A stretch of 64,000 bases of DNA from Escherichia coli. Its GTDB lineage: Bacteria > Pseudomonadota > Gammaproteobacteria > Enterobacterales > Enterobacteriaceae. The position numbers and the translations under genes are program-made. Positions 19,562 to 31,277 of the stretch are shown here, one piece after another. The stretch lies in the NCBI RefSeq assembly GCF_003790525.1, contig NZ_CP033635.1, one strand, 5' to 3'. The notes under the pieces are model-generated. The model did not search any database, was not told where the DNA came from, and saw only the letters and a list, made by a program, of their open reading frames with translations. Positions within the stretch are counted from its first letter, which is position 1; the number at the start of each line of letters is the position of its first letter.

Positions 19562-20827
19562 TTAGATCCTAGCAAAATCATAGGCCGTAATATTTTGATA
19601 TCGATTAATATCTAGATAGTCAGCCCACCATTGCATCATCAAACGACGCTCTTCTAAATGCTCTGAAGTATGAATATAAGCTGCGCGTACATTGTTACGT
19701 TCTGAATGGCTCAATTGACGTTCTATCGCATCATCACTCCATAGTCCCGATTCCCCCAACGCCCCGCGTGCCATAGTCCTAAAACCATGGCCACATACTT
19801 CTGTTTTTGTGTCATATCCCATTACACGCAATGCATTGTTTACCGTATTTTCACTCATAACCTTAGTTGCGTCATGATCGCCCGGGAAAAGAAAGTCTCT
19901 ATCACCACTAATCTGCTTAAGCTGTTCTAACAATATAATCGCCTGTCGGCTAAGCGGAACTATATGCTCCTCTTTCATTTTCATGCCACGATACGAGTAA
20001 CGTACGCCTTTAATTTCTTCTCGTTTAGCAGGAATACGCCAAGTAGCGTTATCAAAATCAAATTCTTTCCAACGAGCAAAACGTAATTCACTTGAACGAA
20101 CAAAAGTTAGTAAAGAAAGCTCAACCGCAATTTTCGTCATCATACGCCCACGATATACATCAAGACGTGCCAAGAACTCATGGAAACGATGTGATGGTAG
20201 CGCCGGGTAGTGCCGCGTTTTCGCCGTAGATAACGCACCGGCCATATCAATTGCAGGATTTGAGTCTACATAATCGTTCTGAACAGCATAGCGCATAATA
20301 GCAGTGACACGTTGCTGAAGACGCTGCGCTACATCATGCTTACCACTGGCATCAACTTTTTTTATCGGTGCCAAAAGGTGACTAGTTTTAAGCTGTCGAA
20401 TATCAGACGAGCCAATATAGGGAAAGATATAAAGCTCTAGATAGCGAAGAACCCGTGCCCGATGTTCCTCACTCCAACGCTTATTGCTGGCATGCCATTC
20501 ACGAGCAATAGTTTCAAAATTATAAGCACCAGCATTAACTGCTTGGGCCTCTTTCTGTACTGCTTTTGGATCTATACCTTGCACCAGCAACTTTTTGGCT
20601 TCATCCCTTCTAGCTCTAGCTTCAGCAAGCGTCACAGTCGGCCAAACACCAAAAGCAAGACGATCCTCTTTTTTGTCGGAAGGTCGTCTATATTTCATAC
20701 GCCAATATTTAGAGCCTTTGACAGAAACCTCGAGGTACAAACCGCCACCATCGGCCATTTTATAGGTTTTATCTTTTGGCTTTGCGGTCTCGACCTGTCT
20801 GGCGTTGAGCTTCATTTGGGGGCACAT
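19562..20827 (-). CDS. int: P4-type tyrosine integrase, intact
   Basis: 421 aa; adjacent to the tRNA-Leu 3' end; conserved HGFRT motif and C-terminal catalytic region. Confidence 0.9.
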   Translation of the reverse strand: MCPQMKLNARQVETAKPKDKTYKMADGGGLYLEVSVKGSKYWRMKYRRPSDKKEDRLAFGVWPTVTLAEARARRDEAKKLLVQGIDPKAVQKEAQAVNAGAYNFETIAREWHASNKRWSEEHRARVLRYLELYIFPYIGSSDIRQLKTSHLLAPIKKVDASGKHDVAQRLQQRVTAIMRYAVQNDYVDSNPAIDMAGALSTAKTRHYPALPSHRFHEFLARLDVYRGRMMTKIAVELSLLTFVRSSELRFARWKEFDFDNATWRIPAKREEIKGVRYSYRGMKMKEEHIVPLSRQAIILLEQLKQISGDRDFLFPGDHDATKVMSENTVNNALRVMGYDTKTEVCGHGFRTMARGALGESGLWSDDAIERQLSHSERNNVRAAYIHTSEHLEERRLMMQWWADYLDINRYQNITAYDFARI

Positions 20828-20978
20828 CCCTAATCGAAGTTAAGATGCCCCCAATTATGCCCCCAATGACATCCGGATTTCAACGTACAACCTCGGACGA
20901 CTCGGGACGTTAAAATCACTGCAAGCATTGATTTTTAAGGAATTATTGGACTTTCTCGGATGGTCTAGGAAGTGCTTA

Positions 20979-21063
20979 TGGTGCCGAAGGCCGGACTCGA
21001 ACCGGCACGTATTTCTACGGTTGATTTTGAATCAACTGCGTCTACCGATTTCGCCACTTCGGC
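20979..21063 (-). tRNA. leuX: tRNA-Leu (anticodon CAA)
   Basis: 85-nt cloverleaf on the minus strand (GCCGAAGTGGCGAAATCGGTAGACGCAGTTGATTCAAAATCAACCGTAGAAATACGTGCCGGTTCGAGTCCGGCCTTCGGCACCA). Confidence 0.95.
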
Positions 21064-21258
21064 ACTGAAGAGGTATGCGGAAAACGTTGTGGATTATACC
21101 TGTCGCACGCCACCATGCAAGCGCCAGCTTGCTCGCATCTCGCTAAGTGCTGAAATTTTCAGCATTACACTCAGCGATGTGTAACCTTTGTCACACTCCA
21201 GGCACCCCGCCCTGCCATGCTCTACACTTCCCAGACAACACCAGAGAAGGACCAAAAA

Positions 21259-22278
21259 ATGTCGATGATAAAAAGCTATGCCGCAAAAGAAGCGGGCGGC
21301 GAACTGGAACTTTATGAGTACGATCCCGGTGAATTGAAGCCACAAGATGTTGAAGTGCAGGTGGATTACTGCGGGATCTGCCATTCCGATCTGTCGATGA
21401 TCGACAACGAATGGGGATTTTCACAGTATCCGCTGGTTGCCGGGCATGAGGTGATTGGTCGCGTGGTGGCGCTCGGGAGTGCCGCACAGGATAAAGGTTT
21501 GCAGGTCGGTCAGCGTGTCGGGATTGGCTGGACGGCACGCAGCTGCGGGCATTGCGATGCCTGTATTAGCGGTAATCAGATCAACTGCGAGCAAGGTGCG
21601 GTGCCAACAATTATGAATCGCGGCGGTTTTGCCGAGAAGTTGCGTGCGGACTGGCAATGGGTGATTCCGCTGCCAGAAAATATCGATATCGAGTCCGCCG
21701 GGCCGCTGCTGTGTGGTGGTATCACGGTCTTTAAACCACTGTTGATGCACCATATCACTGCTACCAGCCGCGTTGGGGTAATTGGTATTGGCGGGCTGGG
21801 GCATATCGCTATAAAACTTCTGCACGCAATGGGATGCGAGGTGACAGCCTTTAGTTCTAATCCGGCGAAAGAGCAGGAAGTACTGGCGATGGGTGCCGAT
21901 AAAGTGGTGAATAGCCGCGATCCGCAGGCACTGAAAACTCTGGCGGGGCAGTTTGATCTCATTATCAATACTGTGAACGTCAGCCTCGACTGGCAGCCTT
22001 ATTTTGAGGCGCTGACGTATGGCGGTAATTTCCATACGGTCGGTGCGGTTCTCACGCCGCTGTCTGTTCCGGCCTTTACGTTAATTGCGGGCGACCGCAG
22101 CGTCTCTGGCTCTGCTACCGGCACGCCTTATGAGCTGCGTAAGCTGATGCGCTTTGCCGCCCGCAGCAAGGTTGCGCCAACTACCGAACTGTTCCCGATG
22201 TCGAAAATTAACGACGCCATCCAGCATGTGCGCGACGGTAAGGCGCGTTACCGCGTGGTTCTGAAAGCCGATTTTTGA
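21259..22278 (+). CDS. ahr: NADPH-dependent aldehyde reductase, Zn-dependent ADH family
   Basis: 339 aa from [18 protein letters not shown] and GHEVIG zinc-ADH motifs; matches my recollection of E. coli Ahr/YjgB. Confidence 0.85.
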   Translation: MSMIKSYAAKEAGGELELYEYDPGELKPQDVEVQVDYCGICHSDLSMIDNEWGFSQYPLVAGHEVIGRVVALGSAAQDKGLQVGQRVGIGWTARSCGHCDACISGNQINCEQGAVPTIMNRGGFAEKLRADWQWVIPLPENIDIESAGPLLCGGITVFKPLLMHHITATSRVGVIGIGGLGHIAIKLLHAMGCEVTAFSSNPAKEQEVLAMGADKVVNSRDPQALKTLAGQFDLIINTVNVSLDWQPYFEALTYGGNFHTVGAVLTPLSVPAFTLIAGDRSVSGSATGTPYELRKLMRFAARSKVAPTTELFPMSKINDAIQHVRDGKARYRVVLKADF

Positions 22279-22281
22279 AAA

Positions 22282-22845
22282 TCATTCGCAGCGCTGATCT
22301 GAGGCGCTGCCCCCTTTCGCACATATTCTGTCTTGTCGTATCGCCAGCACGGCCTGCCGACATTGTTCGGTGACATTGGCAATATCATGGTTGATATCAA
22401 TGCGCACAATATCCTGTTCATCTGCTTGTGGACGCTCCAGCGCCTCAAACTGACTTTTTAGTAACGCTACCGGCATAAAATGCCCAGCCCGCCGCTGCAT
22501 TCGCGCGAGAATAGTTTCATAGTCGCCATCTAACCAGAGGAAATGAACATGGGGGCTACCCTTGCGTAAAATATCACGATACTGTTTTTTTAATGATGAA
22601 CAGACAATAAATCCTGTTTCATTCTTTTTATAAAGACTGTATGAAGCATCATTTAAGCGTTCCAGCCAGGGAAGTCGATCTTCATCAGATAATGGAATAC
22701 CCTGCGACATTTTATCTATATTTTTGGCTGGATGAAGATCGTCACCATCAATAAATTTAGCAGATAATAACGTGGCAACCTTGCTACCAATTAATGTTTT
22801 ACCACTCCCTGAAACGCCCATCAAAATAAAGCTTTCACCCGCCAT
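22282..22845 (-). CDS. idnK: Gluconokinase (thermosensitive, Gnt-II system)
   Basis: 187 aa; P-loop GVSGSGKT; context with idnDOTR. Confidence 0.85.
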   Translation of the reverse strand: MAGESFILMGVSGSGKTLIGSKVATLLSAKFIDGDDLHPAKNIDKMSQGIPLSDEDRLPWLERLNDASYSLYKKNETGFIVCSSLKKQYRDILRKGSPHVHFLWLDGDYETILARMQRRAGHFMPVALLKSQFEALERPQADEQDIVRIDINHDIANVTEQCRQAVLAIRQDRICAKGGSASDQRCE

Positions 22846-23061
22846 TTAAAATCTCCTGAGTCATCTTACCTGCTGCGATACTACGCCTGGTGGCATAATA
22901 ATTTCACGTTTTTTTATTTCTGCTGATAAGAATTACAAGGCACATCACGTTATGCGTAACATAGTAATGTAACAATTTTCTGACGTGATCTTCATCACAA
23001 ATAATGACAATTAAAACCGCTTAAATGCTTCCGAGGTGTCTACCTGACCAGTGAGGAATTT

Positions 23062-24093
23062 ATGCAAGTGAAAACACAGTCCTGCGTTGTTGCGGGCAAG
23101 AAAACTGTTGCCGTTACCGAGCAGACGATAGATTGGAATAATAATGGAACATTAGTACAAATAACCCGAGGTGGAATTTGCGGTTCCGATTTACATTATT
23201 ATCAGGAAGGAAAAGTAGGTAATTTCATGATAAAGGCACCGATGGTGTTAGGTCATGAAGTTATCGGTAAAGTTATTCATAGCGACTCATCAGAATTACA
23301 TGAAGGGCAAACGGTAGCCATTAATCCGTCTAAACCGTGCGGTCACTGCAAATACTGCATTGAACATAACGAGAATCAGTGTACAGATATGCGTTTTTTT
23401 GGCAGTGCCATGTATTTCCCTCATGTTGATGGTGGTTTTACCCGTTATAAAATGGTCGAAACGTCGCAATGTGTCCCTTATCCGGCCAAAGCTGACGAAA
23501 AGGTTATGGCTTTTGCCGAACCTTTAGCCGTCGCGATTCATGCCGCACATCAGGCCGGCGAGTTACAGGGCAAGCGAGTATTTATTTCTGGTGTTGGGCC
23601 CATTGGCTGCCTGATTGTCAGTGCTGTGAAAACACTGGGGGCCGCGGAAATTGTCTGTGCCGATGTGAGTCCCCGTTCCCTTTCGCTGGGCAAAGAGATG
23701 GGGGCGGAGGTGCTCGTAAACCCACAAAACGACGACATGGATCACTGGAAAGCGGAAAAAGGCTATTTCGATGTCAGCTTTGAAGTGTCCGGTCATCCTT
23801 CATCAGTGAATACCTGCCTGGAGGTCACTCGTGCACGCGGCGTAATGGTGCAGGTAGGGATGGGAGGCGCGATGGCAGAATTCCCAATGATGACGTTGAT
23901 TGGTAAGGAGATTTCACTCAAAGGCTCTTTCCGTTTTACCAGCGAATTTAATACCGCAGTGTCATGGCTGGCGAATGGCGTTATCAATCCACTGCCTTTA
24001 CTGAGTGCTGAATATCCCTTCACTGACCTGGAAGAGGCGCTACGTTTCGCCGGTGATAAAACCCAGGCAGCAAAAGTCCAGCTTGTTTTCTAA
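23062..24093 (+). CDS. idnD: L-idonate 5-dehydrogenase (Zn-ADH family)
   Basis: 343 aa; GICGSDLHYY and GHEVIG motifs. Confidence 0.8.
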   Translation: MQVKTQSCVVAGKKTVAVTEQTIDWNNNGTLVQITRGGICGSDLHYYQEGKVGNFMIKAPMVLGHEVIGKVIHSDSSELHEGQTVAINPSKPCGHCKYCIEHNENQCTDMRFFGSAMYFPHVDGGFTRYKMVETSQCVPYPAKADEKVMAFAEPLAVAIHAAHQAGELQGKRVFISGVGPIGCLIVSAVKTLGAAEIVCADVSPRSLSLGKEMGAEVLVNPQNDDMDHWKAEKGYFDVSFEVSGHPSSVNTCLEVTRARGVMVQVGMGGAMAEFPMMTLIGKEISLKGSFRFTSEFNTAVSWLANGVINPLPLLSAEYPFTDLEEALRFAGDKTQAAKVQLVF

Positions 24094-24116
24094 GAGATAA
24101 ATAAAGGAATAATACA

Positions 24117-24881
24117 ATGAACGATCTATTTTCACTGGCAGGAAAAAATATCTTGATTACCGGTTCAGCACAGGGCATTGGCTATTTACTGGCAACCGGC
24201 CTGGGTAAATATGGCGCACAAATAATTATTAATGATATTACTGCCGAACGCGCAGAACTTGCTGTAGAAAAACTCCACCAGGAGGGTATTCAGGCCGTTG
24301 CCGCACCTTTTAATGTTACTCATAAACATGAAATTGATGCCGCCGTTGAACATATCGAAAAGGACATCGGCCCCATTGATGTGCTGGTGAATAACGCCGG
24401 TATCCAGCGCCGTCATCCTTTTACTGAGTTCCCTGAACAAGAGTGGAATGATGTGATCGCAGTAAACCAGACCGCCGTGTTCCTGGTATCGCAAGCGGTA
24501 ACTCGTCACATGGTTGAACGCAAGGCAGGTAAAGTTATTAATATTTGCTCGATGCAAAGCGAACTGGGACGTGACACCATCACCCCTTATGCCGCATCGA
24601 AAGGGGCGGTAAAAATGCTCACCCGCGGCATGTGCGTCGAGCTGGCGCGCCACAATATTCAGGTCAACGGTATTGCGCCGGGCTATTTCAAAACAGAAAT
24701 GACTAAAGCACTGGTTGAGGACGAAGCCTTCACCGCCTGGTTGTGCAAACGGACCCCCGCCGCACGCTGGGGAGATCCGCAGGAACTGATTGGTGCTGCG
24801 GTGTTCCTTTCTTCAAAAGCCTCTGATTTCGTAAACGGCCACCTGTTGTTTGTTGATGGCGGCATGTTAGTGGCTGTTTAA
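24117..24881 (+). CDS. idnO: 5-keto-D-gluconate 5-reductase (SDR family)
   Basis: 254 aa; TGSAQGIG Rossmann motif; SDR fold. Confidence 0.8.
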   Translation: MNDLFSLAGKNILITGSAQGIGYLLATGLGKYGAQIIINDITAERAELAVEKLHQEGIQAVAAPFNVTHKHEIDAAVEHIEKDIGPIDVLVNNAGIQRRHPFTEFPEQEWNDVIAVNQTAVFLVSQAVTRHMVERKAGKVINICSMQSELGRDTITPYAASKGAVKMLTRGMCVELARHNIQVNGIAPGYFKTEMTKALVEDEAFTAWLCKRTPAARWGDPQELIGAAVFLSSKASDFVNGHLLFVDGGMLVAV

Positions 24882-24945
24882 CACCTACTACCCTACGTGC
24901 AGCGCGAAAGCGCTGCTTTTCTGGCACTAATAAGAGATAAAGACT

Positions 24946-26265
24946 ATGCCATTAATCATTATTGCGGCAGGCGTCGCGCTGCTTCTTATCCTGATGATCG
25001 GCTTTAAAGTTAACGGCTTTATTGCCCTCGTTCTGGTCGCTGCCGTCGTCGGATTTGCCGAAGGGATGGATGCACAGGCCGTCCTGCACTCTATACAAAA
25101 TGGTATCGGCAGCACGCTCGGCGGGCTGGCAATGATCCTCGGTTTCGGGGCCATGTTAGGCAAGCTGATTTCTGATACGGGCGCGGCACAACGTATCGCC
25201 ACTACGCTGATTGCTACTTTTGGTAAAAAACGCGTGCAATGGGCGCTAGTGATCACCGGTCTGGTTGTCGGCCTCGCCATGTTTTTTGAAGTGGGTTTTG
25301 TCCTGCTGCTGCCGTTGGTATTTACCATCGTGGCATCATCTGGATTACCCCTGTTGTATGTTGGCGTACCGATGGTAGCAGCGCTCTCTGTAACCCACTG
25401 TTTTCTGCCGCCACATCCAGGGCCTACTGCCATCGCGACTATCTTTGAGGCTAATCTCGGAACGACTCTACTGTATGGATTTATCATTGCCATTCCGACA
25501 GTTATTGTCGCAGGACCGCTGTTTTCTAAACTGCTAACTCGCTTTGAGAAAGCACCACCGGAAGGCTTATTTAATCCTCATCTGTTTAGCGAAGAGGAGA
25601 TGCCCTCCTTCTGGAACAGTATTTTCGCTGCAGTGATCCCGGTCATCCTGATGGCTATCGCCGCCGTTTGTGAAATTACGTTACCGAAAACTAACACCGT
25701 GCGCCTCTTCTTTGAATTTGTCGGTAACCCTGCCGTTGCGCTGTTTATTGCCATTGTTATTGCGATTTTCACACTGGGCCGACGTAATGGACGCACCATC
25801 GAGCAAATCATGGATATCATTGGGGATTCTATAGGCGCTATCGCGATGATTGTGTTTATTATCGCTGGCGGCGGCGCGTTTAAGCAGGTATTAGTAGATA
25901 GCGGTGTCGGGCAGTATATTTCACACTTAATGACCGGAACTACACTTTCGCCGTTATTGATGTGCTGGACTGTTGCGGCGCTGTTGCGTATCGCTCTGGG
26001 CTCTGCCACCGTCGCGGCCATTACCACCGCGGGTGTGGTGTTGCCGATTATCAACGTTACCCATGCCGATCCCGCTTTAATGGTACTGGCAACTGGTGCG
26101 GGCAGCGTGATCGCGTCACACGTAAACGACCCTGGCTTCTGGCTATTTAAAGGGTATTTTAATCTGACGGTTGGTGAAACGTTGCGTACCTGGACGGTGA
26201 TGGAAACCCTTATTTCTATTATGGGTTTGCTGGGCGTGTTAGCCATTAACGCCGTATTGCACTGA
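24946..26265 (+). CDS. idnT: GntP-family L-idonate/gluconate transporter
   Basis: 439 aa, highly hydrophobic; operon position. Confidence 0.8.
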   Translation: MPLIIIAAGVALLLILMIGFKVNGFIALVLVAAVVGFAEGMDAQAVLHSIQNGIGSTLGGLAMILGFGAMLGKLISDTGAAQRIATTLIATFGKKRVQWALVITGLVVGLAMFFEVGFVLLLPLVFTIVASSGLPLLYVGVPMVAALSVTHCFLPPHPGPTAIATIFEANLGTTLLYGFIIAIPTVIVAGPLFSKLLTRFEKAPPEGLFNPHLFSEEEMPSFWNSIFAAVIPVILMAIAAVCEITLPKTNTVRLFFEFVGNPAVALFIAIVIAIFTLGRRNGRTIEQIMDIIGDSIGAIAMIVFIIAGGGAFKQVLVDSGVGQYISHLMTGTTLSPLLMCWTVAALLRIALGSATVAAITTAGVVLPIINVTHADPALMVLATGAGSVIASHVNDPGFWLFKGYFNLTVGETLRTWTVMETLISIMGLLGVLAINAVLH

Positions 26266-26331
26266 AAGAATAAAATATTGTGATGTAGTTTCGGGGGAAG
26301 ATTGAAGATTCCCCCGACGTTGGGAGAAGTT

Positions 26332-27330
26332 ATGCGCAATCACAGAATTTCTTTACAGGATATCGCTACGCTGGCTGGCGTAACAAAAATGACCGTGAGT
26401 CGTTATATCCGCTCGCCGAAAAAGGTGGCAAAGGAAACAGGCGAGCGCATCGCCAAAATTATGGAAGAGATCAATTATATCCCTAATCGCGCTCCCGGCA
26501 TGTTGTTGAATGCACAAAGTTATACCCTCGGTATCTTGATTCCGTCATTTCAAAATCAACTCTTCGCTGACATTCTCGCGGGAATAGAATCCGTCACCTC
26601 TGTGCATAATTATCAGACCCTTATTGCTAATTACAATTACGATCGCGATTCCGAAGAAGAGTCGGTGATTAACCTGCTCTCTTATAACATTGACGGGATT
26701 ATTCTTTCGGAAAAATATCACACCATCAGGACGGTGAAATTTCTGCGTTCAGCCACCATTCCGGTCGTGGAATTGATGGATGTACAGGGAGAACGGCTGG
26801 ATATGGAGGTCGGTTTTGATAATCGGCAGGCTGCTTTTGACATGGTGTGTACCATGCTGGATAAGCGAGTCAGGCGCAAAATTCTGTATCTCGGTTCCAA
26901 AGATGACACCCGCGATGAACAGCGTTATCAGGGGTATTGCGATGCGATGATGCTGCATAATCTTTCCCCATTACGCATGAATCCACGCGCCATCTCATCC
27001 ATTCATTTAGGAATGCAGTTAATGCGTGATGCCCTTAGCGCAAACCCGGATTTAGACGGTGTATTTTGCACCAATGACGATATTGCGATGGGTGCGCTTC
27101 TGCTGTGCCGCGAGCGAAACCTCGCCGTGCCAGAACAAATTTCCATTGCGGGTTTTCATGGGCTGGAGATTGGCAGGCAAATGATCCCAAGCCTCGCCAG
27201 CGTAATTACTCCCCGTTTTGATATTGGTCGGATGGCCGCCCAAATGTTGCTGAGCAAAATTAAGAATAACGATCACAACCACAACACTGTTGACCTCGGG
27301 TATCAGATTTATCACGGTAACACGCTTTAG
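26332..27330 (+). CDS. idnR: LacI-family transcriptional regulator of the idn operon
   Basis: 332 aa from [17 protein letters not shown] (HTH) with periplasmic-binding-like C-terminus. Confidence 0.8.
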   Translation: MRNHRISLQDIATLAGVTKMTVSRYIRSPKKVAKETGERIAKIMEEINYIPNRAPGMLLNAQSYTLGILIPSFQNQLFADILAGIESVTSVHNYQTLIANYNYDRDSEEESVINLLSYNIDGIILSEKYHTIRTVKFLRSATIPVVELMDVQGERLDMEVGFDNRQAAFDMVCTMLDKRVRRKILYLGSKDDTRDEQRYQGYCDAMMLHNLSPLRMNPRAISSIHLGMQLMRDALSANPDLDGVFCTNDDIAMGALLLCRERNLAVPEQISIAGFHGLEIGRQMIPSLASVITPRFDIGRMAAQMLLSKIKNNDHNHNTVDLGYQIYHGNTL

Positions 27331-27407
27331 GTTATTTTCTCTTCATTACACATATTCTCTTTGCCGGACGTTGCCTATACTCCAGGCAGGAAACTGGAGG
27401 AAATCTC

Positions 27408-28910
27408 ATGAGCGAACCCCTGTTAATTGCCCGCACGCCGGACACAGAACTGTTTTTACTGCCGGGAATGGCTAACCGTCACGGGCTGATTACTGGCGCA
27501 ACGGGGACGGGTAAAACTGTCACGTTGCAAAAACTGGCAGAGTCATTGTCGGAAATCGGTGTTCCGGTGTTTATGGCCGATGTGAAAGGCGATCTGACCG
27601 GCGTCGAGCAGGCAGGAACGGCGTCGGAAAAACTGCTCGCAAGGCTTAAAAATATCGGCGTCAATGACTGGCAACCGCATGCCAATCCGGTGGTGGTGTG
27701 GGATATCTTTGGCGAGAAAGGCCATCCGGTGCGGGCGACGGTTTCGGATCTGGGGCCGCTGTTGCTGGCACGACTGTTGAATCTCAACGATGTGCAATCT
27801 GGCGTGCTGAATATCATTTTCCGCATTGCTGACGATCAGGGATTGTTGCTGCTCGACTTTAAAGATCTGCGGGCAATTACCCAGTACATCGGCGATAACG
27901 CCAAATCCTTCCAGAATCAGTACGGAAATATCAGTAGCGCATCGGTTGGTGCCATCCAGCGCGGATTACTGTCGCTGGAACAGCAAGGCGCAGCACACTT
28001 CTTTGGTGAGCCGATGCTGGATATCAAAGACTGGATGCGCACCGATGCCAACGGTAAAGGCGTTATCAATATCCTCAGCGCCGAGAAACTTTATCAGATG
28101 CCGAAACTGTACGCCGCCAGCCTGCTGTGGATGCTTTCAGAATTGTATGAACAATTGCCTGAAGCGGGCGATCTGGAGAAACCAAAACTGGTGTTTTTCT
28201 TCGACGAGGCACATCTGCTGTTTAACGATGCACCGCAGGTACTGCTGGATAAGATTGAGCAGGTGATAAGGCTTATTCGCTCAAAAGGCGTGGGCGTCTG
28301 GTTCGTTTCGCAAAACCCGTCTGATATTCCGGATAATGTGCTCGGGCAGCTAGGTAATCGCGTTCAGCACGCTTTGCGGGCTTTTACGCCAAAAGATCAG
28401 AAAGCAGTGAAGGCAGCGGCGCAAACCATGCGGGCCAATCCGGCATTTGATACCGAAAAGGCAATCCAGGAACTGGGGACCGGCGAGGCGTTAATCTCGT
28501 TTCTCGATGCAAAAGGAAGTCCTTCTGTGGTGGAACGGGCGATGGTGATCGCACCTTGTTCGCGAATGGGGCCGGTGACGGAAGATGAGCGTAATGGCCT
28601 GATTAATCACTCTCCGGTGTATGGCAAATATGAAGATGAGGTGGACCGCGAGTCCGCCTATGAGATGCTGCAAAAAGGCTTTCAGGCCAGTACCGAGCAG
28701 CAAAATAATCCCCCCGTGAAAGGTAAAGAGGTGGCGGTGGATGACGGTATTCTTGGTGGATTGAAGGATATTTTGTTTGGCACTACCGGACCACGCGGCG
28801 GGAAGAAAGATGGTGTGGTGCAAACAATGGCGAAAAGCGCCGCTCGCCAGGTGACGAATCAGATTGTACGCGGGATGTTGGGGAGTTTGCTGGGGGGGAG
28901 AAAAAGGTAA
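27408..28910 (+). CDS. yjgR: DUF853-type P-loop NTPase
   Basis: 500 aa; Walker A GATGTGKT; follows idnR as in E. coli. Confidence 0.8.
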   Translation: MSEPLLIARTPDTELFLLPGMANRHGLITGATGTGKTVTLQKLAESLSEIGVPVFMADVKGDLTGVEQAGTASEKLLARLKNIGVNDWQPHANPVVVWDIFGEKGHPVRATVSDLGPLLLARLLNLNDVQSGVLNIIFRIADDQGLLLLDFKDLRAITQYIGDNAKSFQNQYGNISSASVGAIQRGLLSLEQQGAAHFFGEPMLDIKDWMRTDANGKGVINILSAEKLYQMPKLYAASLLWMLSELYEQLPEAGDLEKPKLVFFFDEAHLLFNDAPQVLLDKIEQVIRLIRSKGVGVWFVSQNPSDIPDNVLGQLGNRVQHALRAFTPKDQKAVKAAAQTMRANPAFDTEKAIQELGTGEALISFLDAKGSPSVVERAMVIAPCSRMGPVTEDERNGLINHSPVYGKYEDEVDRESAYEMLQKGFQASTEQQNNPPVKGKEVAVDDGILGGLKDILFGTTGPRGGKKDGVVQTMAKSAARQVTNQIVRGMLGSLLGGRKR

Positions 28911-29164
28911 GTCAGACGTGATCTGTGCCCCTCACCCTAACCCTCTCCCCAGAGGGGAATAGTGAGATTTTTTCATTTGGTTGATTTGATTGATCTATAT
29001 CCGTTTTCTTTGAAAATATAGCCCCCAATGTAGCCCCCATCGTATTGTTGCTGTACATGGAGGTAGATTGAACTCAGTTGAGGCATTATCTGTAATGACT
29101 CAGCGAATGCAGTATACCTGTCGGCCTTGTTCAGGACGAGACACAATACCCGTGATGTGTAAGT

Positions 29165-30013
29165 TTATACAGAAGAGCGAAATTTTACCGAATAATGTTT
29201 CGCCAGAACAGCATTCAGCTTCTCCACCAGTTCCGGGTGTTTAAACGTGATATGCGCAGAGCCCTTCCTGAAGTATCTGATGCTGAACATCTCATCTTCA
29301 TAGTACGCTTCACACTGAACGGACCGGATGTGCTCATCCAGACGAATGAGGATATTGTCCCTGTAATCGGGTATGGGTTTACCGCTGAACAGATACAGTA
29401 TCCTTTCCAGGTCGGCAAGCCGCCCTGCCTGCGGACCATGGTTCAGACCAAATCCCCACCAGTCCCATTTCACCAGGTTGTTGAGGATAATCTTGCTGCC
29501 GAATTTACAGGGTGACCTGTTGTTGTGCATCCGGCTCAGTCCTCTGAAGAGGTTGATGACGCCCCGTTCAGCCATTTCACCCCGGTTACGGTGCAGTTGT
29601 TCAGACGTGCTCAGGATATTGGCCTCGCTGATTTCCGGGAAATTATCCTCCTCCAGTGACCGGCACCATTCATCACGCGCCTGTGCATCCATCAGACTCA
29701 GCATTCCGGAGCGTTGCATCAGGTCACGCCAGATTTCGCGGTCGAGGTTGCGGGTGATGGCTTTCATTGCGGTTTCCGGTTTTTCCATCAGCCAGCAGCC
29801 ACAGCGAAAATCCTGTTTCACGGCCCAGTCCCGGGCCGTTTTACCTCCGATGCTTTCTGTCATTACTGAGATTTCTGCCAGTTGCCGGATAAGCCTTTCG
29901 GTTTGTTGCAGTGCTTCATTCCGTACCGTCACAACGTGCCGGATACTGGTTGAGCAGATAACGTCCGTATGTCCGTTAAGCGTTTCCGGACGGGAGACTG
30001 TGATATCAGACAT
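29165..30013 (-). CDS. Hypothetical protein, terminal gene of the CP4-type module
   Basis: 282-aa ORF downstream of the yeeW-like region; family not recognised. Confidence 0.5.
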   Translation of the reverse strand: MSDITVSRPETLNGHTDVICSTSIRHVVTVRNEALQQTERLIRQLAEISVMTESIGGKTARDWAVKQDFRCGCWLMEKPETAMKAITRNLDREIWRDLMQRSGMLSLMDAQARDEWCRSLEEDNFPEISEANILSTSEQLHRNRGEMAERGVINLFRGLSRMHNNRSPCKFGSKIILNNLVKWDWWGFGLNHGPQAGRLADLERILYLFSGKPIPDYRDNILIRLDEHIRSVQCEAYYEDEMFSIRYFRKGSAHITFKHPELVEKLNAVLAKHYSVKFRSSV

Positions 30014-30109
30014 AACCGATATTCCTTTTTGCAGATAAATGAAAACGCCAGCCGTATTCGGACTGGCGTCAGTGGAATGAATCGTGGTGAGTGAGATGAT
30101 GAGTGAGAC

Positions 30110-30814
30110 TCACAGGTTCTGGTGCTGAAGCTGCAGCTGGCGCAGGGTGCGGATATCCTCCCTGGCCTGTTCGATACAGGGCAACAGTGCTGCCGAATCC
30201 GTTTTATCCTCATCGTTGTCGAAGATAATGCAGGAGCCGCAGTCGATATTGTCCTGCAGCCACGCAATCAGAATATCCGGTGCTGTTTCTGTGGTTAATG
30301 ATTTCATACGGTGTCTTTTGTCCCGGTTACCAGTCGAAAGTGGGTAAACCCGGCAGACATTCAGCGCCGGCATCCAGATGAATGAGACTGACGCCATAAC
30401 GCCGGATGAGAGTGACAACCAGACGACGAAACGTTTTTGACAGACCCAGGCGTTTAAGCCGCAGAGCCGGGTACGACCACGCATCAGTACGTAACAGATA
30501 TCCGCTGCCTGTAAAATGAATCCATTCTGATTCGCGTTGTCATTCGTCTGATGCGACAGCGAGTACAGCCAGGCATTGTCCTGCTCCGTGATATGTGCGG
30601 TACTGCAGCGTATGCCGGTAAGGGCCGCAAATGGTGGCATGCAGTCTGCTGAGGTCCGGTCAGATTCATCAGCAACACGAAGGGAACAGCCATTATCGCA
30701 GACCACGTTAATCAGTTCAGCGAGATTAACACCATCGACGTCAGCGACAATGCGCCCCATGTTCAGTGCCTGTACGTTAACGCTGTCGGCTTCCAGTGTC
30801 AGGGACAGTTTCAT
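30110..30814 (-). CDS. Hypothetical protein (yeeW-like position downstream of toxin)
   Basis: 234-aa ORF, 4-bp overlap with the cbtA-like stop. Confidence 0.4.
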   Translation of the reverse strand: MKLSLTLEADSVNVQALNMGRIVADVDGVNLAELINVVCDNGCSLRVADESDRTSADCMPPFAALTGIRCSTAHITEQDNAWLYSLSHQTNDNANQNGFILQAADICYVLMRGRTRLCGLNAWVCQKRFVVWLSLSSGVMASVSFIWMPALNVCRVYPLSTGNRDKRHRMKSLTTETAPDILIAWLQDNIDCGSCIIFDNDEDKTDSAALLPCIEQAREDIRTLRQLQLQHQNL

Positions 30815-31188
30815 GGTTTCACCTCACAGTGTTTACCCAGGGTGATGTTGTTCACCATTCTGTAGTGGCTGCGGGTCATCAGGCCGGTCGCCCGGCGGGC
30901 CCGGAGAATATCAATGCTGCTGATTAACTGCGATGAAGCTCCTGCGCTGAATCCCGGCTGGTCGGTACGCACCAGCGCGTATTTTTCCACAAGAAAGTTC
31001 ACCGCATCACACAGTGAAATTCCTGCCTCAATATGCTGCTCAATCACACGTTCATCGGCAAACGGCGTGTCATTCAGCGTGAGGCCGTAATGCTGGTCCA
31101 GCAGTCTGGTAAGCAGTGTCTGCCAGATTTCAACCGGAGACGGGCGTGAACCGGCCGCCTGCCCGGGTAATACAGGTAATGTTTTCAT
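30811..31188 (-). CDS. cbtA: CbtA/YeeV-family toxin (type IV TA, cytoskeleton-binding)
   Basis: 125 aa from MKTLPVLPGQAAGSRPSPVEIWQ; immediately downstream of the CbeA-like gene. Confidence 0.75.
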   Translation of the reverse strand: MKTLPVLPGQAAGSRPSPVEIWQTLLTRLLDQHYGLTLNDTPFADERVIEQHIEAGISLCDAVNFLVEKYALVRTDQPGFSAGASSQLISSIDILRARRATGLMTRSHYRMVNNITLGKHCEVKP

Positions 31189-31277
31189 ACTGAAGATTTT
31201 CCTGATATGCAGAGATGAGAAATGGGAAAGTGGCGTGGTGAAAACACCAGGCCGTAGCAGAAGGCTATTCTGGAGAG

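Noticed and set aside
21421-22035. 204-aa minus-strand ORF
   Set aside because: Antisense within ahr.
24927-26339. 188-aa and 253-aa minus-strand ORFs
   Set aside because: Antisense to the idnT permease and idnR start; low-complexity translations.
29373-30038. 221-aa plus-strand ORF
   Set aside because: Antisense to the 282-aa minus-strand gene; serine/arginine-rich low-complexity translation.
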